Made by a program: the position numbers and the translations under genes. The notes under the pieces were generated by a model, which was given only the letters and a program-made list of their open reading frames with translations, ran no database searches and had not been told where the DNA came from. A stretch of 63,930 nt of DNA, the filler included, from Octopus bimaculoides (Eukaryota), in the NCBI RefSeq assembly GCF_001194135.2. It is 6 parts of 5 records of this genome, joined end to end, with 100 filler letters (N's around TTAATTAATTAA, not from the genome) between each part and the next. Parts side by side here need not be neighbours in the genome. Positions count along the whole stretch, not along the records: positions 40,025 to 58,498 come from NC_068982.1; positions 58,599 to 60,257 come from NC_068988.1; positions 60,358 to 62,697 come from NC_068988.1; 3 more parts are not named here. One strand, given 5' to 3'. Below, one piece after another: positions 48,280-62,697 of the stretch; position 1 is the stretch's first letter, and the number at the start of each line of letters is the position of its first letter.

Positions 48280-50134
48280 TGCACATCTATACTTGCCTGA
48301 GAGATTTTTTTTTCCCTTATATCCATTTTTCCAAGCGAATATGTTGAGAGGTCTCAAATGATTTTTCAGCAAACATTATGTATCTGACATTTAACCATAC
48401 TATGTCTTTTATAAACCAATATTCACATTTAACTTATTCCTGTAAGATTCAATATCCTATCTTCCACTAAAGAAGAAATTAATTTATTTATTATAAATAT
48501 ATTCACAATTTATTGTTAATGTCGACAATTTGACTTTTATACACGGAAACCCCATCAAAGATTTTTTTCTCTCTTAAGTTCACGGTATCAGAAACGCTTC
48601 CTCTTTCATTCATTTGACATCAAAGCATAATGTAGGTTTAATCTAGTTAATGCATTATTTGAATTATAAGAAACAAGAACAGTATATAATTGTTTCGTAA
48701 AAATTCATCATCAAATTTTTAAATTAGCTTTAAGACAGCTAGTTAAGTTACATTATCAATTCAGCAGATTTCAGCATATTTCTAACTTATGCACTCCTAT
48801 AATGTCATTTTAATTCATTTATACAAACTTAAGTGGTATTTGGGGTGGATGGGCGGGAGGAAGTTGTTGATTATCATTGCTTTTTAAGACCGTTTAATTG
48901 ACAAACTAAGAATCAGTTGGATGATAAGCAGTAATTTCAATAATTGAGTTCAAACTACACTTGGTTCAACTTTCCCTTTCAACCTTTGAGGTTCGATAAA
49001 ATAAAGTACATCTCATTGTTGATATTTTTTAACCCCAGACATTTGATAAAAAATGGGTTCCAGCCGTTTGAATTTTCTCCTGGTCGAATAGCCCATCCTG
49101 TTAAAAAATTCCCTGATTAAAGTTTTGTTTAAAGACAATGAATGAAACGCTCATATTTCCAATGGTGAATTATTAAAACCCCAAAGAATCCTTCACAACA
49201 TATGGCTATGATGCTCCCCAACTACTCCTGCTTATGGTCAGAGTACACATATCATCAGCCACCAAGAGACATGCTCAACTGGTTATGGTCAAACAAATGA
49301 CATGCAGATCTCTGATATTGAGCAGAATATTTGCTATAGGTCATCTTTTACACCAAGACAGAACATGTATATGATAACACTTCGGATCGGTTAAGATCAG
49401 AAACCATGAGAGTCATTTCCTATTATCCTAGGTCTTTAATTTTATTAAGGATTATATTACCCAATCATGTCTTTTTTAAAATTCCTATTTAAGATGATGT
49501 GTGTAATTTTAGTGGAGGCGTGTGGTATTGATTTTTGAAACTGTGTGGAAATTTGTGCCTTAGAACAAAGCACTCCATTTGATACTGTTTCAGTCGACTG
49601 AGCTGAAGATAATACCAGCTGAGTACTGTTGCAACTGTCTCTCACTTTTGTTCTCATATCCTAGCAGTCTTACTGAGTCAAAGCTATAAAAGGTCGAGAA
49701 GGTATCTATGTCTGATCAAGGGTATGTGGGTGCTTAAAGCAATTAGTGAAAGTATGGATGGCACATGCTACTGAGTCATTCTCAGTTCCAAGTGACGAAT
49801 GTAGTCGGCTATAAGGTGTAATTCAAGAGAAGTTTAATTGCTGTTTCTTGTAAATAGACTGACTACTCGTTAGCTCGAATATGTACCAGTAACGCATATG
49901 ATACAAAGGATATATTTGACTATATTTTACTTGTAAATACCCTGGTCTTGTGATTAAGCTACAAATTATTATTGTTGCTATTTTTGATAATGAATTATTA
50001 CATCAGATGAAATATAGAAGAGAAAAAGATGAAGTTGTATAAAAGAAAAAATGAGAGTAACTATGTGAAGTGTAGGAGGAGGTGCAACAGAATGATATGA
50101 ACAATTGTGTTGCTATGGTGCCAATACAATTTTG

Positions 50135-50450
50135 ATGAAGGAGCGTGGCTTAGTGGTTGGGGGTATTCGACTCACGATCGAACAAAAAGAGGAATTTCCG
50201 GCAACACAAGACACTTTATTTCCCGTTGCTCCTGTCCACTCCGCTGGCAAAAATGAGTTGTACCTGTAATTCAAAGGGCCGGCCTTGTCACATTCTGTGT
50301 CACGCTGGATCTCCCTGAGAACTACGTTAAGGGTATGCGTGTCTGTAGAGTGCTCAACCACGTTAAATTCATGAGTAGGCTGCTCCGTTGATCGGATCAA
50401 TTCGAACCTACATCGTTGTAAACGACGGAATGCCAGTTTGAATACAGTTT
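50135..50450 (+). mobile_element. SINE family C
   Basis: gaaggagcgtggcttagtggttgggggtattcgactcacgatc head; tail ...ctacatcgttgtaaacgacggaatgcca. Confidence 0.8.
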
Positions 50451-50857
50451 TGGCATGGAAATTGTGATCACTGAGTATTAGATACAGAGAATAAGAATGA
50501 ATGTTGTTCAAATGATTTAGTTTTAAAAAGTTAGGCATGATTATATTGACGCTCAAAGTGAAATGATGATGGTGGTGTTGGCAGCGTTTATGGTATAAAA
50601 CTACGGTCGATGATAATGTATATGGCAGTAATGACGACAACTTTATTCACTGAAAGGAGTATACACGAATTCTCTTGTTAAGAATAAAAATATTCTTAAC
50701 AATATTTTAAGCCATATATCAGTATATCAGTACTATCATATGGCAATTGTAAATTTTGAAGAGCATCGATTTGGTTTTTGACAAGAAATACAGGTTGGAC
50801 CAAAAGTCATGCACCAAAACTGTTGCCATTTTATTTATATTACGTTATTATTATTAT

Positions 50858-51060
50858 TAAGGCGACGAGCTGGCAGAATCGTTAGCACACTGGACGAAAT
50901 GCTTACTGGTATTTCGTCCGTCACTACGTTTTGAGTTCAAATTCCGCATTTCATCCTTTTGAGGTCGATAAATTAAGTACCATTTAGGCACTAGGGTCGA
51001 TGTAATCGACTAGCCCTCTTCCTCACAATTTCAGGCATTGTGCCTATTATAGTAGAAAAG
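50858..51060 (+). mobile_element. SINE family A in (TAT)n
   Basis: Typical head and tail. Confidence 0.88.
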
Positions 51061-51074
51061 ATTATGATTATTTA

Positions 51075-52278
51075 GGTATGGCTTAGGTTCGGTCTTATTC
51101 CTGGTACGATTTACGTGGGTAGCGGGTTACTACTTGTAATCCAAAAGTTTTCAGCTGTCTTTCAAGTGCTTAGAACCCTCCTGATAATACACGCTGTCCC
51201 TAAGAGACAAACGTTCTGTAGGAGCTTTACTGGGCATTCTATTTCAATCCCCTTCAGCCATTTGTCTATATCTCGCACCAATTATTATAGATACGACCTT
51301 TACTGTTCGAATTCTTCCTATTTCAAATTTTAAGGGATTGTATTTGATTGTTTTTGCATTTATTATTATTATCATTGCTTTTGCACAGCTTCTAATGCTG
51401 GAGATGTACTACGGTGTCAGCTGTTCACTACCAGTGAACTAAAGTAATACCTCTTATTTTTCGAGCACCTTCCGGAATATTCGAGCGGTTCCAAGCAGTG
51501 CTGTTTTCTGCAAGTGCTCCACCCTTATTGCAGCCCCTATTTGTTCCATGTACTTCTCGAGATTTTTACTCACTGTTCCCCGGGCTCCGACAATTATTGG
51601 TACTACATTATTATTATAATTATCATTATTATTATTGTTCAGTAGTTTTATTTTTATAACGTGCTTTCACTTCACTACCGAGCGCAGCTCTGTGCGCCTT
51701 GGGTATGTGCTGTGGTTTGCTGTGGTGCTTTTATGTTTACTGTATTGAAAGTGTTTTGCGTAGAATGTGTGCAGTACCCAGTAGTGCAATTTTCTGTATG
51801 TTACATATATTTGTAAGTCCTGGTATTTTTGTTATGTATTTGTCTGAGTATTTTTTAATTATACCTAAGGCACCTACTATGATAGGAATTGTTTCTGTTT
51901 TTAGACTCCACATTCGAGTTATCTCTATTTCCAGGTCTTTGTATTTTGAAAGTTTTTCCATTTCTTTTCGAGAAACGTNNNNNNNNNNNNNNNNNNNNNN
52001 NNNNNNNNNNNNNNNNNNNNNNNNNNNNNNNNNNNNNNNNNNNNNNNNNNNNNNNNNNNNNNNNNNNNNNNNNNNNNNNNNNNNNNNNNNNNNNNNNNNN
52101 NNTATACCATCTTTTTTCTGTTGTTATTCCATAGTGTTGGCATAGCTTCCAGTGTATATAGGTCCCAGCTCTGTCGTGTCTGTGAATATATTCCTTCTTA
52201 GCCAGGACTGGGCAGCCAGAGATAATATGATTTATTGTTTCTTGTCGATCTCCACATATTCTACAGTTACTTGTTATC

Positions 52279-52281
<3 letters not shown>
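51075..52281 (-). mobile_element. Three tandem REL-LINE (R4/Dong-like) 3' fragments separated by (AAT)n
   Basis: CRICGDRQETINHIISGCPVLAKKEYIHRHD...KYKDLEIEITRMW...IPIIVGALG...QKIALLGTAHILRK (51640-52281); a second tail at ~51375-51605; a third with LLQNVCLLGTACIIRRVL at ~51075-51330. Confidence 0.85.
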
Positions 52282-52358
<77 letters not shown>

Positions 52359-54127
52359 TTTGTTCATCATGTACAAGTATATGTATATTCATCATTATTT
52401 AATTTAATTTTTCAATTTTAGAAAATTCCGGGGCGCATTGAATTTATTTCGTGCGTAACTTTTGGTTCACCCAGTAGAATTATTTTTAGAGTCATTTGAG
52501 TGGATTCCAGTGTATTGGAGATCCTTATTTTATAGCCTCTTAAGGGATGAAATGCAATTTGGAATTTAGTTACTGCTGTTATTATTGCTTAGCTCTAGGT
52601 TAATCTCAATCTCAATCTCGTCGATCAAAATCATTCGAGTTTAACCAGTATCGCTTGTTAAGGTTATCTCTACAGGTTTTCTATTGAAATCATGGCCAGC
52701 ACTGGTTTGTTATGATGTTTGTATCTGAGTACACCTAATGTAAACAAACAATGAGATCGAAGACGAAAAATGGGTAATGGGTATATATGCCATAATTCAA
52801 GAGGTTTTGCTCCTTCGTCTACACCTAACCAACCCATTAATTATCCACGAACTCATATGATTGTATAACGAAATATGATGTTCTTGCAAGTCATTTATTT
52901 ATCCAATATGTCCGTCATTCTTGTTTTTCCTAAGTTGGTAAAGTGTAATTTGAGAGAAATTTGGTTACTATTTCTGTCAGGTGTAGCAACCACCAAAAGA
53001 TGCTATCTCTTTTGCTCGTAAGGAATGAAAGTGTTTCGGTCAAACTTTCTGCCCGCGAACAAAGTAAAAAAGTACTTTTTTTAATGAATATGTAATCAAT
53101 TGTAACTGGCTGAAGATAATACCTAACGATGAGATGGCGGATTCATATATTAATAATTTCTCTCAGCAGACTATTCATAAACTAAGAGCCGTTATGTAAA
53201 GAGCCTCATCCAATTTATGCTTTACTTCTCTCAGTTTATTTATAGCTTCAATTTTTGAAATTAACTTTAGATGAGAAAGTGCTAATTTAGATTCATAAAT
53301 TTCGGTAAAGGAAATTAGCATTTCAAATGCAATTTTTGAGACTTTAGGGTTCCTGATAACCATATAAATTCAAAATTCCCAAAAGGTAAATTATTAAAAT
53401 TTGTGCTCTGCACCATAATTGTTGATAAAACCTATAAGTTGCTCCGGAATGATTATGATTCTGTCTGCAAATTAGTTAAACCGAGTGAAAATGAATTTCT
53501 GATTAGAACATTAAATTTTGATCATTTCTCGGAAATATCGCAACTGTTCTTTCTTGAGAGGCTATAACTTGTTCTTTATTGAAACCGTTTTGAAAAACGA
53601 AGAAACCGAAGAAAAAAAAATTTAAGAAAAAGAAAGAACTGAATAGAACCGAATGTAATTTTAGAATGCAGTTTGCAATCCCTATTGACTTTTATGTTTG
53701 TATCCAAGGAAACCATGTGCCCTACTTTAAAATGAATGACTGCAAATTGCCCCAGTTAACTTAATGAACGGTATTAAGGTGACATCAATGAGAGAGTCGG
53801 CGTTTCATTATTGAGGAGAATAATGGCTGGCAGGATAAAGCGTTGACATCTCAAATTATCGGTTGCCAGTTCGTTCATATCTTAATAACAAAGCAGTTAG
53901 CTTCTTCATGGAAAAAAAATGTCAGTTTGTTGCCACAGTGGTCAATCATTCATTTAAAGCCTGTCAATTTTGTGCTGTGGCTTCGTTGTGACATGAGGAG
54001 GAAACATCTCAAAAGAAGAAACTATTGGTTGTCTTCCCATCTAATGCTTTGATAATTTTGAAGTGTGGTATTCGAAAAATCCCTTGAGTGAAATTCTCTT
54101 TAGAATTTGCATTAATATTCAGAGAAT

Positions 54128-54343
54128 ATAAGGCGGCGAGCTGGCAGAATCGTTAGCACGCTGGATGAAATGCTTAGCGGTATTTCGCCCGTCGCTCCGT
54201 TCTGAGTTGAAATTCCAGCCTTTCATCCTTTCGGAGTCGATAAGTTAAGTACCAGCTAAAGACCGAGGTCGATGTAATCGACTCATCCCCCCACCACAAA
54301 ATTGCTGCTCTTGTGGTAAACTTTGAAACCATTATTATTATTA

Positions 54344-54384
<41 letters not shown>

Positions 54385-54425
54385 CAAGACTTCGGGAAGA
54401 GTTACGTCATTCCTTTTTAAAATAA

Positions 54426-54478
<53 letters not shown>

Positions 54479-54710
54479 TGTTATTATTATTACTAAGACG
54501 GCGAACTGACAGCAACGGTATTATGCCGGGCAAAATGCTTAGCAGCGTCTCGTCCGTCTTTACGTTTTGAGTTCAAATTCCACCGAGGCCGACTTTGCCT
54601 TTCAACCGTCCGGGGTCGATAAAGTAAATACCAGTTTGAATACTTGGGAGGTCAATGTAATTGACTTATCCCCACCCCCTAAATTTTTTTATCTTGTGGC
54701 GAAATTTGTA
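54128..54710 (+). mobile_element. Two SINE family A copies in (ATT)n arrays
   Basis: Heads at ~54130 and ~54495. Confidence 0.88.
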
Positions 54711-55239
54711 TTCAGTATTCAGAAAATATATGCACTGTGACCGAATGGTTGAGAAGTTCACTTTGCAACGATGAAGTTCCGGGTTCGATCCCATTGCGTG
54801 ACACCTTGGGCAAACGTCATTTACTTTAGCCCCGGACCGACGAACGAAATCAGGGTGACGGAGACTGTATAGCAGGCTGCCAGGTGGATTGTGACTGTAA
54901 TTCACACAATGCCATGCTGATTCTGCCTGAAGATTACGTTAAGTGTACACCTGTCTTTAGAATGCTGATCTACTTAAAGATTCTTTCAAGAGCAGATAAT
55001 GCATGGGTGAACGACAGAAATCCACCACCACGGGCACCACCGCTCTCAACACCACCGCCACTACTACCCTCGTTGCCACCGCTGTCGCTGCTGTCATCGT
55101 TGACGCCGCTGTTGTCGCCACAACTGTTGTCATCACAAACACCACTGTTACCATTTCCAGCATTACCAACCACCACCACTACCACCACCTCCAACAACAA
55201 CAACAGCTATTCATAGTGGGCTGAACACAATGAAGAGTT

Positions 55240-55309
<70 letters not shown>

Positions 55310-55312
55310 ACA

Positions 55313-55345
<33 letters not shown>

Positions 55346-55802
55346 GCTGCTACTACTACTACTACTACTAATACTACTACTACTACTACAGCTGCTGTTG
55401 CTGCTACTACTACTAATACTACTACTACTACTACAGCTGCTCCTGCTACTGCTGCTGCTGCTACTACTACAACTCATTTGAGAAATAGATCAAGAAATTT
55501 CCTTCTTTTACAACAACAACAAAAATTTTATCAGGAAAACAAAAAAAAAAAAAGAAATTCAAAATCCATGCATAAAAGATGACTGAGGTTACCAAAAACA
55601 TCTAAGCAACCTCTAATAATATTTACCGAAAGTATTTCTGCTACATTCTGGAACGTGTCGATTTTTTTCAATACCTTATAGCTAATCTGTTAATGCCATT
55701 AAAAAACGTGATTGCACAGCGTTCCACTTGTCCTCATTACAAATGGTATAAAGGACGCGTGACATATTCTTTGCCTACCTACCTACCTACCTATCGATTT
55801 GT

Positions 55803-55950
<148 letters not shown>

Positions 55951-56005
55951 ATGTATCTGCCTGTCTCTGTCCATTTATCCGTCTATCTGTTTGTCTGTCT
56001 GATAG

Positions 56006-56055
<50 letters not shown>

Positions 56056-56206
56056 ATCTATCTTTATGTATCTGTCTGTCTGTCTGTCCATTTATCCATC
56101 TATCTGTTTGTCTGTCTGCCTGTCAGTCTATCATATGCTTACGGTAAATTCCTGTAGTGTAAATAGTGTCACGCTGAAGAAAGGGGATGGTAAAAGTGTA
56201 TACGTG

Positions 56207-56253
<47 letters not shown>

Positions 56254-57079
56254 CAGAGAGTGAAAGAGACAGACAGACAGACAGACAGACAGAGACAGAG
56301 GAGAAAGATTCAAACTAACGCTATCAGCACGTGCACAGGTATGCATACACACACACACATATGACACACACACACACACATATGAACGCTACTGGCGCAC
56401 GCATACATAACACTGATCCAGGCAAAACTACAGTTAGCTGTGTGTGTATGTGTGTGTGTGTATGTGTGTGTGTGCGTGTGTGTGAAGGAGTGGGCGGGGT
56501 ATGTCTATATGTGCACAACGCCATTAGCGTTCGTTTGTGCTGGAACAAAAAGCGGAATTGCCGACAAATATTCTTTATTCTTCAAGTTATAAATGGGTAA
56601 AACATTTCGATAGTTTCATTCCACTATCTTTTACTTGTTTCAATAGTTAGACTGCGGCCATGCTGGGGCACCGCCTTGAAGGATTTTAGTCAAATGAACG
56701 GAGGCCTGGCAGTATTTATTATTATCATGGTTATAATAATAATAATAATAATAATTATTATTATTATTATTTATATTAGCCCTTGTGGCCAATAAAACAA
56801 GAATAAATTCTTCTTCTTCTTCTTCTTCTTATTATTATTATTATTTGTTTTTTTGTAAAGCCTTGCACTTATTTATCGGTTAATCGATCGAACCGCAACT
56901 GTACGGTGACGTGAACACACCAACGCCGGTTGTCAAGCGGTGGTAGTGGTGGTGGGGAAAAACACAAAAAGACACATACATACACACGCAGGCTCGGACA
57001 CACACACACGCACACACACACACACACACATACACACACGCACACACAAATATGTATAAATGTACCATATATGGATTTA

Positions 57080-57316
57080 TTTTGTCTAGGGAGGGTCATT
57101 ATGCCAATATAATTAACTCGTGCATTGGTTCAGTCCTACTCCTTAATTGTTAGTCACTTGGTTAAACTAATTAATCGCTTATTTAATTTATTTTCTTTTT
57201 ACAATTAATGAGTTAGTTGGATATTTAACCGATTGTCTAATAAAAAAAGGAGTGGAACTGAACCAGTGCATATGTTTATAATATTGGCATAATGACTTTA
57301 CGTAGACACAACAAAA
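57080..57316. mobile_element. Imperfect palindromic MITE-like element
   Basis: gtcattatgccaatat...tgcattggttcagtcctactcctt pairs with aaggagtggaactgaaccagtgca...atattggcataatgac. Confidence 0.6.
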
Positions 57317-57756
57317 TTTGTTTCAATACGCAAATTCACATAAAAAATCTTGCAAACCAGATACAAGAACGATATAAATTTATATAATCTGGGTAATCAC
57401 AAAAAAAAACAAAACAACAGCTCCCTTAGAGGATCAAGCTACATGCCACAGAGTTAACCTGTACGTAGGAGTGTAATGTAGAGTCTTATGTAGCTGAAAT
57501 CCAGCAAATTCAATCAGTGAGGAGTATATAGAATATAGAGAAAGCCAGGCGATATGAGATAAATACATTTATTTCACCGGTTGATATCCATTGAGTGACT
57601 TCCGTTTGCAGTGAACATCATTGAATAATAATTCATATATTTATATATACTATATCTGGTGCAGAGTTATCGTAAATTTAAAACAGCATAAATGAATTAT
57701 TAACACCTTTGTGACGTTTGGGCCACTCTGTAGAAAGCTACCTCTTCAGATCGACA

Positions 57757-57794
<38 letters not shown>

Positions 57795-58427
57795 GACGGG
57801 CTTCTTTCAGTTTCTGTCAACCAAAGCCACTCACACGGATTTGGTTGGCCCGTAGCCTTTTTGCTAAATTTATTCTATGTGTTGCATATGTATGAAATTA
57901 AGTCCTGTATGTATTAATTGTATATATGTAAAATAACTTATAAATCAGATATTTAGAACGCGATATTGACTTTTAATTCTTGGTGGTTGGTTCTAATTTA
58001 ACAGAAGAATATCTACGGGATCAGCCATTAATGCTTATAATCCAACAACCTCGGAATTCGTAATTCCTTAGATTTTCTGTTCGTTTCTACATAAGATTAT
58101 GGCAATTTGGTACTTACTATGTGGATTATAGGCATTTATTGCGAATGTTGTAATGGAAATTGATGTCAGAGGTAGCATGTAATATTTGGTGATCTGTCTG
58201 TAGCGTTAAGTTCCATACCAATTTATGCATCCTTGTTTTTCCCATTGAGATACATTGCCCTTATGTGATTATTTCCCAATCATAACCTTATAAATATAGA
58301 TCCAAATGTATCTTACTATAATCACCATTGATGAGTATATGTAAGCTTCAAGCCAAGCGTACCGGTTGCTCAGTTTTAGGTTCGACGTGATTGCTTTGCA
58401 CCAGTTAAGCTGTATGAATGCTTGTGT

Positions 58428-58464
<37 letters not shown>

Positions 58465-59434
58465 CATGTGTGTGTGGGTATATGCCCATATATATAGCNN
58501 NNNNNNNNNNNNNNNNNNNNNNNNNNNNNNNNNNNNNNNNNNTTAATTAATTAANNNNNNNNNNNNNNNNNNNNNNNNNNNNNNNNNNNNNNNNNNNNGG
58601 GGATTGAGAGAGAGAGAGGAAGAGTGAGTGAGAGAGAGATTGATAAACAAGTAGATACATACACACATACAACGTGTATGCATGCATACACATATTTATT
58701 TTTCCTCTGAAATGTATATGTATGTATGAGTATATATATTAATATATTATTTACAAACACAAACACACATATATATGTAGAAATTGCCAGGTTTTTTAAA
58801 ATTCCTTTTAAGCATTAAATCAGGCAGATTTAACTTCAACTTCCATTAATTGAAGTCAGACTGCACCTGTTTTTCAAACATGGCTCTTATCAAACTAACA
58901 TGACACATGCAATGTCAACGGTAACGGAAGTATCGTTCCAACGTTGATGGATGACAAATATATATTTTATGAGTTAGCTATATGCATGCCCATATCATCA
59001 ATACAGTGCTTTCCTTTGAAGATATTGAATTTAAAACATTATCCCTCAGTTCCCGCGAAGGGTCTCTGGAGTGGCTTTTCTCAATAAGGTTCGTAACACA
59101 GATCCAGGAGTCTCGCCAGGTCCAACAGCAATTTCTTTGCATTCAGAGGTGACAACTTTGGTTCAACAGATGTACCGTGATTGAAGTGTCACAGGAAAGA
59201 ACTACAAGACGGAATCTTTTAGCAACTGGAAGACGACTCAGGAGAGCACCAACTGCGAAATGGTTTGATAATATTCATAATCTTTGAGAATTGTTCTTGG
59301 TCGAGCTTTTTCTTGTCTGCATTAAGAACTCACAACTCCAGTTCTACAAACAGGTGATTAAAAAACCATGTGGCCTTGTTTGGTAACACGAGGCACCTAT
59401 AACGTCGGTTTGACCAATTCGTCATGAATAATAA

Positions 59435-59670
59435 CATGTGACAGAAAGCATCTGGAAACGATATGGAAACTTATACATATTTATTTTTCATGCATATGTT
59501 GTTACAACAGTAGCTACAGTGAGCTATGTAGCTACGAGTTTGTTCAAAAATCTAGAAATGCTAGGTTGTTCTAAGAAAGGGAAAAACAAATTGATGCACA
59601 TCTTCCAAAACCAATCTATAAGTGGCACAGTAAAGCTTTGTAAAACATTTCAAAGATTCTCTAGTTGTGA
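59435..59670 (+). mobile_element. REL-LINE C-terminal relic
   Basis: VSYVATSLFKNLEMLGCSKKGKNKLMHIFQNQSISGTVKLCKTF, homologous to the 41323-41726 element. Confidence 0.65.
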
Positions 59671-60177
59671 CACTTTGAATGAATATATACGCACACACTT
59701 TGTTGTGTATATCTACAGGTACACGTATGTAAAACGTAATAATGGACACACAAACATACACATACACACACAAACACCAAACTACAAAAAAGACATATTG
59801 ACACAGAATATAAGTACGTCTACATATAACTACATTATTTTACAAACGCCAGGATCTCTCTTGATACAAAAACGCTTCTCACTTCGCTAACGACCAGTGT
59901 GAACTCCATTAAGGACACAGACAACACTCAAAGAAAATACGCTCATACCTAGACTTGCAACTATATGCATAAGTATACACATATAAAACAAGCATACAAA
60001 TTTACACATGAACTCACTTCAAATAATACCGGTGCAGTTTCTTCGGGGTTTTACTAAATAGCATTCGTTATAATTGTTTAAAGCATTTCGTTTATCTACT
60101 CTGCGTTGTATGATGTAATCGCATGCTCCAGCATGATTGAAGCCACATGGGTGAAACAAGTAAAACAGCATTACAAT

Positions 60178-60237
<60 letters not shown>

Positions 60238-60890
60238 TATATATATATATGTATATANNNNNNNNNNNNNNNNNNNNNNNNNNNNNNNNNNNNNNNNNNN
60301 NTTAATTAATTAANNNNNNNNNNNNNNNNNNNNNNNNNNNNNNNNNNNNNNNNNNNNATATATATAAATGTGCGTAAATAATATATATATTATTTATGTG
60401 TGTGTATATATCCATTATGTATATTTTATGTATGTGTGTGTATATATATACTACGTATATATGTGTATATATATGTGTGTGTGTATAGGTAGATAGATAG
60501 ATAGATAGATATACGTATGCGTATACATATATATTGATGTATATTCCCTTCCTTTTATATATGCGTATGTGAGTGTGTGTTTGTTTTCGTGTGTGTGTGT
60601 GTGTGTGCATGTGAGTGTGTGTGTGTGTGTGTGCATGCGTCTGTGTGCATGTTAGTGCGTGTTAGATGAAATATAAACATTCCGAAAGCTTAGCAAGTGA
60701 CTTGACTGAATCAATTCGTTTCATTAACAACAGACAGGTTCGTATTACACTTCCTTGAGATTTTCAATGAACAAATCAAGGTAATTATGTTAGGAACAGG
60801 TGTAAAGTTATATCATAGGAAGAGTAAACAAGTTCACGTAAAAAGTCAGAAATGTGTGTGTGTGTGTGTGTATGTATGTGNNNNNNNNNN

Positions 60891-60939
<49 letters not shown>

Positions 60940-61024
60940 TTGTCAGAAAACATATATGTTTGTACATATAAATATATCCATATACATAAATATACATAAA
61001 TACTTATAGATATATGTGTGTTCT

Positions 61025-61067
<43 letters not shown>

Positions 61068-61154
61068 GCAACACTTTTAAGCATGTTGTTTTATCAACAC
61101 TGTTACAAGTTAGAGTATATGCATGTTTGTATATATACACATACACACACACAC

Positions 61155-61310
61155 ACGGCGTGACTGTGGAAAGAAGCTTGCTTCCCGACCACATGGTTCC
61201 GGGTTCAGTCCCATTGCGTGGCATCTTCATCAAGTGTCTTCTGCTATAGCCTCGGACGGATCAAAGCCTCGGAGTGGTAGACGGAAACTGAAAAAAGCCC
61301 ATCGTATGTA
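61155..61310 (+). mobile_element. SINE family B, 5' half
   Basis: ggcgtgactgtggaaagaagcttgcttcccgaccacatggttccgggttcagtccc...ggtagacggaaactgaaa. Confidence 0.85.
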
Positions 61311-61320
61311 TATATATATA

Positions 61321-61358
<38 letters not shown>

Positions 61359-61379
61359 TGTGTGTGTATGTACATATAT

Positions 61380-61422
<43 letters not shown>

Positions 61423-61612
61423 NNNNNNNNNNNNNNNNNNNNNNNNNNNNNNNNNNNNNNNNNNNNNNNNNNNNNNNNNNNNNNNNNNNNNNNNNNNNNN
61501 NNNNNNNNNNNNNNNNNNNNNNNNNNNNNNNNNNNNNNNNNNNNNNNNNNNNNNATATATAATATAGATATAATATTTCATATACATATATCATTATATA
61601 TATATATATATG

Positions 61613-61661
<49 letters not shown>

Positions 61662-62658
61662 GTATGTATATAAACAAATTAATTATATAATTTATGTTGG
61701 TTGATCCAGTTATCTGCTAACGTAAAGTTCGACAAACGTCTAGCCAATTGCTAGTTCAGGATAAGTTTTATGTTTATTTTGTCTGAGGAAACGGCTAAAC
61801 GTCGGATAAACTCCAGAATAACAGACAATGGATCATCCCCAAAATTTTATATGCGTGTTTGTGCGTATGTGTGTGTATATGTATGTGAGCGTATGTATGT
61901 GTTTACATACGTATTCATATACATATATATACATTGATACGAATATACCTACACACACACACACACATACGCATATTTATCCACACACATAGATATATAT
62001 TCACACGTAATATATATTTATATATACGTAGGTGTGCATAATATGTACATGTATGTTTGTATTTTTATGCATATATGGAGAAAATGAGAGAGAAAGAGAC
62101 AAGCATAGGAAGAGCCAGTTTTTTTTTTTCTGTGTGCCTGTGTGTTAGGTTAAATGTGTATAAGTGGGTGTTTTTATGTCTTTGGCATATCTATGCGTAT
62201 ATATGTGAGTAAATTTCTTTTTCGAGTGAATATGTAAGGGTATGTGTGAATGTCTGTGTGGGTGAACATGTACATGTGTGCGTATTTACGTGTCAGTGTG
62301 TGTACCAGCTGATTGTCCAGCTGGCCATTCTGAGAACTAAAAACATCCGCTAAATCTATGGACCGCATTCCTGTTAATCAGATGAAAAATTAAGAAGAAA
62401 TAACATGTCTGTTTGCGCAGCTTCACAACTCTAACACGTGACTAATTAACGTGACGTAAAACAACATTGCCATATATAAACAACTTTTCTTCTTTCATTC
62501 GTTTCCAGATGTATAGTACCCTAGATAAACAAGTTCGAATAGCAACCAGAGTCAATTAATTTTATATGTCGGCTAATATATAGGCTCTGTTTCAAATTTA
62601 GCTACCTCACTGATTAAAAGGGCGGGTGCCAAATTGTGGGCGGCGAGGTGATATATAT

Positions 62659-62697
<39 letters not shown>

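Noticed and set aside
52981-53017. Apparent small plus-strand exon (cag|...ctc|gtaagg)
   Set aside because: Lies in a recurrent repeat motif (gatttggctgctatttctagc-like, also at ~17410); no supporting protein signal.
54884-55481. Poly-S/L/T ORFs
   Set aside because: (CTA/CTG/CAC)n microsatellites.
59000-59420. Possible mariner transposase relic on the minus strand
   Set aside because: Only vague similarity with many stops; no TIRs or DD34D motif identifiable by eye.
61783-61805. CTGAGGA...AAACGTC hammerhead-like string
   Set aside because: Lacks G12 and a pairable stem II; too degenerate to call.
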